From Bacteroidales bacterium (GTDB lineage Bacteria > Bacteroidota > Bacteroidia > Bacteroidales > VadinHA17): DNA of 64,000 nt. Of this stretch, positions 39,437 to 46,707 are shown one piece after another. The stretch lies in NCBI GenBank assembly GCA_034004025.1, contig JAVEXM010000001.1, positions 4,203 to 68,202 of the forward strand, read 5' to 3'. Each line of letters begins with the position of its first letter. The stretch's first letter is position 1. The translations under genes and the position numbers were made by a program. Under the pieces are notes generated by a model, which saw only the letters and a program-made list of their open reading frames with translations, searched no databases and was not told the DNA's origin.

Positions 39437-40357
39437 ATGAACAGTAATCTTAAAATTCTGCCACTTATCCTGGGAGTGACAGCTCTCTCGATCTGTCTGG
39501 TCGGCACATCATGCAAGGGAAAGACAAAAGGAGACACTTCGAAGGTGACCACGGAGGCTGTCAGTGCTGATGAGCAGACCATGGAGCAGATAAAGACCGC
39601 AGAGAAGGTTTTCAATGCTCTTCCCACTCCTCTGGAGGTAGCACAGCTGATCAAGGAGGCAGGTGCCAGTTTTGATGCCACACTGCTTAATCCCGTAGAG
39701 AACAGGAGCAATTATACCACCAGCAAGAGTATGGCTCTGAACCTTGGGATTTTTGTCTGTGATCTCAGTTTTGCGAGTATGTACGACGAGACCTCACTCC
39801 TTGTCAACTATATGGAGGCAGCCGAGAATATGGCAACGGGGCTGGGGATACTGGATGCAATAGATGAAACAACAATTGAGCGGCTGGAGCAGAATATCAA
39901 CAACCGGGATGTAATTATGGAGATAGTGTCAGAAACCTTCCTCAACTCACAGGCCTACCTGGAGGATGACGAACAGCACGCTGTTGCTGCCACAATCATC
40001 GCGGGAGGCTTCATTGAAGGGCTATATATCTCTACCAACATGGTTGATATGAAGAACTACAGGGGCAATAAGCTGGTAGGCACTATCGCTGACCAGAAGA
40101 TGTCAGTTGATGACATGATCCGTCTCCTCGAGACCTACAATGACAACAGTGCAATTCAGGAACTGATCGGCCCCATAAGGGAACTTAAGCTCATTTTTGA
40201 CAGGGTCGAACGTTCGTCGGCACCCTCATCAGCACAGTTGGATAAGGCTACCGGAGTGACTGAGATTTCCGGGTCGGCAATTTCAGAGATGAAACCGGAA
40301 GTGTTCACGGCTATCAAGGAGAAGGTTGGAGAGATCAGAAACGCATACGTAAAATAG
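39437..40357 (+). CDS. hypothetical lipoprotein
   Basis: A signal peptide plus lipobox-like LVGTSC KGK starts from the ATG at 39437, so I prefer this start over 39395. The protein is about 306 aa, mostly helical, with no recognised motif. Confidence 0.6.
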   Translation: MNSNLKILPLILGVTALSICLVGTSCKGKTKGDTSKVTTEAVSADEQTMEQIKTAEKVFNALPTPLEVAQLIKEAGASFDATLLNPVENRSNYTTSKSMALNLGIFVCDLSFASMYDETSLLVNYMEAAENMATGLGILDAIDETTIERLEQNINNRDVIMEIVSETFLNSQAYLEDDEQHAVAATIIAGGFIEGLYISTNMVDMKNYRGNKLVGTIADQKMSVDDMIRLLETYNDNSAIQELIGPIRELKLIFDRVERSSAPSSAQLDKATGVTEISGSAISEMKPEVFTAIKEKVGEIRNAYVK

Positions 40358-40363
40358 GGTCCG

Positions 40364-40807
40364 ATGAAACAGATTATACAAACAATTGTTCTGACAGTAC
40401 TCCTCTCACTTATCGGGGGAGGAGAAACAGCCGCACAGTGCAAGGGATTTGCCAAGTCGCTGTGTAAGAAGGAGCTGGGCGCATATCTTCATGACGGCAA
40501 CTATCATGCAGCAGTGCTGGTGGAAGGGGAGGAGGCTGAGCTCTACAAGACTTTCTACTCTGATCTCGATTACCGGCTTGTGATCTGCGGTGCCGACGGA
40601 CTTCCGCCCATCGAGTTCACGGTTCTTGATGCCACCGGCAAGGTGCTCTACTCAAACACGGAGGGGGGGCTGACCAATGTCTGGGATTTCAAGCTGGAGG
40701 CCAGCCAGCAGCTGAAGATAATGATCAAGGTGACTACATTCGGTATCAAGGATGAACTTCCCGCCAGCGGCTGCGTGGCAATAATGTTCGGTTTCAGAGC
40801 CAAATAA
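40364..40807 (+). CDS. hypothetical secreted protein
   Basis: 147 aa with a signal peptide (..GGGETAAQ C) and four Cys. It starts 6 nt after the lipoprotein gene, so the two are probably co-transcribed. Confidence 0.55.
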   Translation: MKQIIQTIVLTVLLSLIGGGETAAQCKGFAKSLCKKELGAYLHDGNYHAAVLVEGEEAELYKTFYSDLDYRLVICGADGLPPIEFTVLDATGKVLYSNTEGGLTNVWDFKLEASQQLKIMIKVTTFGIKDELPASGCVAIMFGFRAK

Positions 40808-40831
40808 AACTCACATAAGGTAATAAGCCGG

Positions 40832-40859
40832 GGGTGTCTTGTAATTCAGAAAGACACCC
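40832..40859. terminator. bidirectional terminator hairpin between convergent genes
   Basis: A perfect 9-bp stem, gggtgtctt (40832-40840) with aagacaccc (40851-40859), and a 10-nt loop. The 3' flank tctttc is T-rich. Confidence 0.65.
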
Positions 40860-40863
40860 TCTT

Positions 40864-41403
40864 TCATTTCTGCCCCTCCTCAAACAATGTCCGGCACCTG
40901 TTGCAAAGACTGCTGCTCTTCTGGTCAATGTCTTCGACGTAAGTGCTTGAACGCATGACGCATTCAGGTGCATGACAGTGCAGAAGTCCGAATGTGTGGC
41001 CCAGCTCATGTATCACCTCCTTGATGGCCCGGGCAAGAAGAATATCTTCATTCTTATTCATACCGTAAAGCTCGTTCCTCAGGCGATATATTGAAGCAAT
41101 TGCGGTCTTTTGACCCAGGACGGCCTGGCCGAATATGTAAGTGAGAATGGGAATGTAGAGGTCAATCCTGAAGAGACATATCAGCCTGTCATATATGTTA
41201 TGGGTGCACCCGTTAAGATGATGAAGGAGCTTATTACCGTCATATTGCCGCCTTGCCGGATTGTAGTAGGGGTTGAGATCCAGGTGACACTCCTCGGTAC
41301 TGACCTGGTACCTGAACTCAGATTCAACTGCCAGTGCGATACTTCTCAGAAACTCCTTTTCAAAAGGGCCGTTAGAAAGCAATATTATTTTTTTCTCTTT
41401 CAA
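40864..41403 (-). CDS. archaemetzincin-type zinc metallopeptidase (M54-like)
   Basis: 179 aa. HELGHTFGLLHCHAPECVM-(16 aa)-CNRC fits the archaemetzincin signature HExxHxxGxxxCxxxxCxM...CxxC, with a spacer of 16 rather than 17. Confidence 0.85.
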   Translation of the reverse strand: MKEKKIILLSNGPFEKEFLRSIALAVESEFRYQVSTEECHLDLNPYYNPARRQYDGNKLLHHLNGCTHNIYDRLICLFRIDLYIPILTYIFGQAVLGQKTAIASIYRLRNELYGMNKNEDILLARAIKEVIHELGHTFGLLHCHAPECVMRSSTYVEDIDQKSSSLCNRCRTLFEEGQK

Positions 41404-41423
41404 TGAGCAAGAATCGTTGATGG

Positions 41424-42764
41424 CTAATCTTTCTGCTTCAGACCATACTTCCTGATTTTGTTGTAAAGAGTTACTCTGTCAACATTCAGTGCCCTGGCAG
41501 AGCGGGACACATTCCAGCCGTACTTTATCAGTATCTCCTCAATGTGTCTCTTCTCAAGCTCTTCGAGGCTTTCAACAGAGCTGCTGATAGCTTCCTTTCC
41601 CATCGGAAGGTCTTTCAGCTTTATCTCCTTTCCGTTACCGATAACTATCGCGCGTTCGATCATATTCTCCAGTTCCCGTACATTCCCGGGGAACTCGAAC
41701 TGTTCCAGGTGTTTAATGGCTGCCGGATCAATTGTTATCAGGTCACGGCTCATGGAGGTGCAGTATTTCTTAATGAAGTGACTGACAAGCAGCGGTATAT
41801 CTTCAGTTCTTTCACGCAATGGAGGGATGGTGATATTGACGACATTAAGCCTGTAGAAGAGATCCTCGCGGAAGTTGCCGTTTTCTACCATCCCTTTCAG
41901 GTCCCTGTTAGTAGCGCATATGACTCTGAAATCAGATGTGATCTCCCTGTTGCCTCCCACTCGTACGAAGCTTTTGGTTTCAAGGACTCTCAGCAGCTCG
42001 ATCTGCATCTTGGGTGAGATGGTGGCTATCTCATCAAGGAAGATAGTGCCGCCGTCTGCCATTTCGAATCTGCCTTTGCGGTTGAATGTGGCTCCGGTGA
42101 AGGCGCCTTTCTCATGGCCGAAGAGCTCACTTTCGAGGAGGCTCTCGGTCAGGGCGCCGCAATGAACCGTGATGAGGGGGAAGTACCTGCGCGCAGAGTT
42201 CGAATGAATCGCTCTTGCAACCAGCTCCTTGCCAGTACCGCTCTCACCTGTGATAATTACCGAGGAATTTGACTGGGCCACACTCTCAATCTGATCAAGC
42301 ACTTTTCGGATTGCATCACTCTGACCGATAAAATCATCTATGGCTTCAAGGTTGGTGACTCTGTTTTTCAGGGCCTCATTTTCCCCTCGGAGAGCTATCT
42401 GTGCCGCAGCATTTCGGATAAGGTGCGACAGGTCATCAGGATCAAAAGGCTTGGTGACATAATCAAAAGCACCGTCTTTAAGCGCCTGCACAGCAGTGTC
42501 AACCGATGCAAATGCAGTCATGATGATGACGATGGAATCCCTGTTCAGGGCTTTGATACGCCGATGCATCTCCATCCCGTCCATGCCCGGCATCTTTATG
42601 TCCGCAAGGATGATATCAAAATCCCTGACCTCAAGCAGCTGAAGCGCTTTCTTTGCGTTCTCGGCACACTCTACGCTGTACCCGTCCTCAATGAACCAGT
42701 TCAGCAATGAATCCCTGACGGATTCTTCATCGTCAACAATCAGAATGGAAATCTTTTCTGCCAT
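41424..42764 (-). CDS. sigma-54-dependent response regulator (NtrC family enhancer-binding protein)
   Basis: 446 aa. It has a REC domain (ILADIKMPGMDG), AAA+ GESGTGKE, the GAFTGA loop, and a C-terminal Fis-type HTH. Confidence 0.9.
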   Translation of the reverse strand: MAEKISILIVDDEESVRDSLLNWFIEDGYSVECAENAKKALQLLEVRDFDIILADIKMPGMDGMEMHRRIKALNRDSIVIIMTAFASVDTAVQALKDGAFDYVTKPFDPDDLSHLIRNAAAQIALRGENEALKNRVTNLEAIDDFIGQSDAIRKVLDQIESVAQSNSSVIITGESGTGKELVARAIHSNSARRYFPLITVHCGALTESLLESELFGHEKGAFTGATFNRKGRFEMADGGTIFLDEIATISPKMQIELLRVLETKSFVRVGGNREITSDFRVICATNRDLKGMVENGNFREDLFYRLNVVNITIPPLRERTEDIPLLVSHFIKKYCTSMSRDLITIDPAAIKHLEQFEFPGNVRELENMIERAIVIGNGKEIKLKDLPMGKEAISSSVESLEELEKRHIEEILIKYGWNVSRSARALNVDRVTLYNKIRKYGLKQKD

Positions 42765-42774
42765 ATCATCCGTC

Positions 42775-44445
42775 TTACACGTTTTTTATAGGAAAAACCA
42801 GTGATATTGTGGTTCCTCTGCCTACCACGGAATCCACTTCTATCTTACCGCCATGATTCTGCACTATCCCGTGAACGATTGGAAGTCCCAGCCCGATACC
42901 CCTGGCATCCCGCTTTGTCGAAAAGAAAGGTTCGAAAATGTGGGAGATATCTTCCGGAGCTATGCCCGAACCGTTATCCGATATCTCAAGTCTTACAGTA
43001 TCACTATCACTGTTTAGTGTCCGGAGAACAATTTCACCGTTATCGGTCACCGCTTCGGAGGCGTTTACCAGCAGGGCGATGCATGCCTGTTTTACCTGGT
43101 TGGGACTGCAGTAGATGAGGTCAGAACGGGCTGACAGATCTGTCAGGAAGGTGATGTTGGCGATCTTTATGTGATGCATCATCAGATCATGTGTGTCCTG
43201 GACTATCTCATTCAGGTGCCTCTCCTCGAAGTCATCCTGGTCTTTCTGCGAGAAATCGAGAAGCCCCTTGACTATATCACCGCAGCGTTTGGTCTCGGTC
43301 TCAATGAGCTTGAGCTTCCGGAGCATGTTATCCTTCTTTTCGGGGTCAATATCCTGACCGTCAAGCTGCTTGTAAACCAGTTTTGTATAAATAAGTATCC
43401 CCGACAATGGGTTGTTGATTTCGTGTGCCACTGATGCCGAGAGCTTACCGAGGGAGGCTATCCTTTCTACATTAATCAGTTCATTTTGCGCTTCCGAAAG
43501 CTCTTCGGACTTTTTCTGAACCTTGTACTCAAGTTGTTTTGACCAGTTCTCCAGCTCCTCAGTTGCGTTGTCAATGTTGTCGAGCATGTTATTGAATGCC
43601 AGTGAGACCATCTTCATGTCGTCAAGCAGGTCAGGCCTTATATCCAGCCTGGTCTTCAGTTTCCCGGCTGAAACTGCTTCACTCGCCGTAATGAGTCTGT
43701 TCAGCGGATCTTTGATCTTCTTTCTGGTAAAGAGAATTAACATCAGGACAATGATGGCTGTAATTATCAGTGCCATGAGGAGAAACTCAACAGAGGATTT
43801 CTGCAGGGCATTGTCGAGATCCTTGAGAGGCATCCTGATAATCAGTGAGCCGAGCACCTCATCGGTTTCACTGTGTGCGTGGCATGATGCAGTGTAGCAT
43901 GACATCTCATTCAGGATCGGCCTCCTTATAAGCAGGTGCCTCTGCCCCGGCCGGTTGGGATTCATGCTGCAATCGCTCTTCTCATCAATTATCATGTAGC
44001 TCCTCTCTCTCTTGGCAAACATCTCGTTAAGATCGGAGTGACATGCAATACAGTCGGGATTACTGTGATATTCTGTTTCAGAGGTGAAGGAAGAATATGC
44101 CAGGTTGTCATTCTGGTCATAGAGATTGACATCGTCAATGCCCGGCATGGTGTTGATGATATCGAGTGTTCCGTGGAGCGTGCTCTTGTCGTTCTCAAGC
44201 ATTGATGTGTACAGCGCCCCCTCCACTATTGCACCTATGTTATTTCCGTTCTGTTTGAGCACAGTGTTGAAATAATTAACATAGACCGTCCTGAAGATTA
44301 TATTGAACGAAAGAAAAAGGACAATGGCAGCGAATGCAATTATTCCTACAACCCTGCTGTAGATCGTTGATTTGAGTCTGAAGTAACTGATTATGCGGGT
44401 CAGCAATGATCTGCGAATGGGGCTGTTGTCACCTGTGGTTGCCAT
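42775..44445 (-). CDS. sensor histidine kinase with a Cys/His-motif periplasmic domain and HAMP
   Basis: 556 aa. Two TM helices (about aa 31-53 and 221-239) flank a loop containing CIACH (aa 132-136) and CYTASCH (aa 183-189). It has the H-box SVAHEINNPLSG and the N/G boxes LVNASEAV, DNGSGI and GIGLGLPIV. Confidence 0.85.
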   Translation of the reverse strand: MATTGDNSPIRRSLLTRIISYFRLKSTIYSRVVGIIAFAAIVLFLSFNIIFRTVYVNYFNTVLKQNGNNIGAIVEGALYTSMLENDKSTLHGTLDIINTMPGIDDVNLYDQNDNLAYSSFTSETEYHSNPDCIACHSDLNEMFAKRERSYMIIDEKSDCSMNPNRPGQRHLLIRRPILNEMSCYTASCHAHSETDEVLGSLIIRMPLKDLDNALQKSSVEFLLMALIITAIIVLMLILFTRKKIKDPLNRLITASEAVSAGKLKTRLDIRPDLLDDMKMVSLAFNNMLDNIDNATEELENWSKQLEYKVQKKSEELSEAQNELINVERIASLGKLSASVAHEINNPLSGILIYTKLVYKQLDGQDIDPEKKDNMLRKLKLIETETKRCGDIVKGLLDFSQKDQDDFEERHLNEIVQDTHDLMMHHIKIANITFLTDLSARSDLIYCSPNQVKQACIALLVNASEAVTDNGEIVLRTLNSDSDTVRLEISDNGSGIAPEDISHIFEPFFSTKRDARGIGLGLPIVHGIVQNHGGKIEVDSVVGRGTTISLVFPIKNV

Positions 44446-44581
44446 TGCGGTTGTTTTTAGCGGTGTTACATCTCTTTGCAGTTATGCACCTCACTTCCAG
44501 GGGGAATTGCAAAGAGTGTATAAATCCTCTACAATGTACAAAAAAATCTTCAGGTGACCATTACTGACCTCACGACAGGTA

Positions 44582-46243
44582 TTATCTGAGGAACTTCACC
44601 TGGAACTCTTCCCAGACCTCAGGTCCGAATTCCTCAAGAAGTCCATCCTTAAACTCACCTCCATCCTGTAAAACCACATGAGCATATCTTAAATCGCCGG
44701 TGCCTGGCATTACTGAGAGAAAATCCCTTATTCGAGCAAATTCCTCTTTCAGGTAATCGATATATTTTCCGGCTATGACCATCAGGCGTGATTCCTTCTC
44801 CCAGTTGTCAGCTTCGATGGCATAGATCCAGCCCTCATCATACGGTGAGCTGTTCATTATCCCGGCATCTGCTGCCAGCCTCTCATTCCTCATGACTATT
44901 CTGCCACTTACCGGAGATTTCAGATCAAGCTGTTTGCCGTTCTGAATCACAGACACCACATGCTCTCCCTTGCGTACCTTTTCTCCGGGGTCCTTCATCC
45001 TCAGGCGGGTTACAGACCCGGTGAGATGTTGCAGGAAGTCGTCAATGCCGATCCTCACCAGGCCATCTTTTTCCATGAAGGCCCATGTATGACCTTTATC
45101 AAACAATATTCCGGCAGGTGTGATCAAAGACTTCAGGCTGAATGCCACTGATGGCTTTTGCATGGGTGAGACGATCTCTTCTGCACCTGACCTGGTTAAC
45201 CGGTATATTGCGTATGCTGCTGATGTAACTGTCACAATCACAGCAAGGATCCAGAGCCAGGCCCTGAATATCGGACGACTGTCTCTGCCAGCCATTACCA
45301 TTGCCTGGTCAGTAACCAGTGCATCCCTTCTGTTCATGCCTTCCCCACGGGCAAGGGCGGTAAAGCCTGTTCCTGCCAGTATGGGCTGTCCGTCGACCAG
45401 TACATATTTTATCAGATCGGAGGGTGCTCCCGGGGCCGGATTTGCGGCTGAGGCAGCATAGATATTATTGCACAGGGCTTTCGGATACTTGCCAATATAG
45501 ACCCCTCTGCTGAAACTGTTGTAATCGGCATAGAACTGTTCAAAATAGTCCGACCTTGCATTATTGTTCACATCCACGGGTATTATTTGTATGCCATCAA
45601 CGAATCCCTGGCCTGTCGGATCGGTTATATCTGCCAGGCGGCAGAATGCTATTGACTGCGGGTTACTGTTGAGGGCAGCCGGAATATCTGCAGAGGAGAG
45701 CGAGGTTGTGGCTCCGACAAGAGCCGGATCTGTTTGAGTGAACCTTGAGAGAGCACTGACCACTGCTATGTCATCAGGTATTAAAATGTTGACGGGGGAG
45801 GGGTTCTCATTATTGAGCAGCTCACCCCAGGTGGGAGTACCCTCAGCAGTCAGAATGCCGACAAACCTACCGGGAGAGATTCCGCTTGCCGTGATGCCGG
45901 AAAGGAAAGGATTCGTTGCACTCATAACCGGAACAATCACATCGCGCCCGACAACTATTTTCCACGCAGCTGTCTTTTCGGCGTTCCCCGATGAATTGCC
46001 GGTGATGAACATAATGTCCGCGCCTGCAAACTCCTCTGACGGGAGAACGGTCACCTCTGCATCGGGGTACTTTGCCCGAAATCCTTCGACCCACATCTTT
46101 GTCAGGGTCTCAGTTTCCGGGGAAGTTGCAACGCTGACCAGGTTTACAGGATTCTGAGCAGGTTCACTTTTGCTCTTCTGGCCGGCCATGATGCCGAAGT
46201 GAAGCATAATCAGGCATATCGTCAAAGGAATAATTCTTTTCAT
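44582..46243 (-). CDS. signal peptide + periplasmic PBP-like (PstS/phosphate-binding-type) domain + single TM helix + cytoplasmic GcvH-like domain fusion protein
   Basis: 553 aa with an N-terminal signal and a TM helix at about aa 325-347 (IFRAWLWILAVIVTVTSAAYAIY). The C-terminal part (GHTWAFMEKDGLVRIGIDDFLQHLTGSV...KSPVSGRIV...SSPYDEGWIYAIE) tracks the glycine-cleavage H-protein pattern. The PBP assignment is weaker and rests on resemblance only. Confidence 0.6.
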   Translation of the reverse strand: MKRIIPLTICLIMLHFGIMAGQKSKSEPAQNPVNLVSVATSPETETLTKMWVEGFRAKYPDAEVTVLPSEEFAGADIMFITGNSSGNAEKTAAWKIVVGRDVIVPVMSATNPFLSGITASGISPGRFVGILTAEGTPTWGELLNNENPSPVNILIPDDIAVVSALSRFTQTDPALVGATTSLSSADIPAALNSNPQSIAFCRLADITDPTGQGFVDGIQIIPVDVNNNARSDYFEQFYADYNSFSRGVYIGKYPKALCNNIYAASAANPAPGAPSDLIKYVLVDGQPILAGTGFTALARGEGMNRRDALVTDQAMVMAGRDSRPIFRAWLWILAVIVTVTSAAYAIYRLTRSGAEEIVSPMQKPSVAFSLKSLITPAGILFDKGHTWAFMEKDGLVRIGIDDFLQHLTGSVTRLRMKDPGEKVRKGEHVVSVIQNGKQLDLKSPVSGRIVMRNERLAADAGIMNSSPYDEGWIYAIEADNWEKESRLMVIAGKYIDYLKEEFARIRDFLSVMPGTGDLRYAHVVLQDGGEFKDGLLEEFGPEVWEEFQVKFLR

Positions 46244-46587
46244 ATCATTGATTGTTGATGTATTACACTATTCTATAACGCCTGTCCAATATGCATGCCA
46301 AACATTATAATGAAATGATAATGAGGGATATAGAATGTAATATGATATCTTCAGGCCGACGGTAAGTGTTGAAATAATATACAATTAGTATTAATGATTA
46401 ATATAAATAACAGAGAATAAACAAGTTAGAACTATGTGTAAAATATATACATGTGTTTAATATTACAACACTCTTAAAAATCCCAGAACGTAAGTAAATT
46501 ATATTCAATCATATAGAATGTCAACAAAGATCAGCAGCAATTTCTGATCATTTTTGATTCGGGAGTAGGTTGCGTTCCTGCTTTTTT

Positions 46588-46595
46588 TATATTTG
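46588..46595 (+). promoter_or_regulatory. Bacteroidota -7 promoter motif (TAnnTTTG) upstream of zwf
   Basis: TATATTTG at 46588-46595, 113 nt upstream of the zwf ATG. Confidence 0.4.
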
Positions 46596-46707
46596 TTACT
46601 GTTACCAGGCTGTGCTAAGCGGTTGAAAATCCTGTAATTTCAGGTATTCGGGCGAACAGGGGTCAGCTACCGGAGAGGATGTGAATTGGCAAATAAAACA
46701 CAAATGA

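Noticed and set aside
44484-44499. A sigma-54-like TGGAAG-N5-TGCAT on the minus strand inside the accessory-kinase gap
   Set aside because: The GG-to-GC spacing is one nt short of the strict -24/-12 spacing, and the -24 box deviates (TGGAAG). It is recorded only as part of the inverted-repeat observation.
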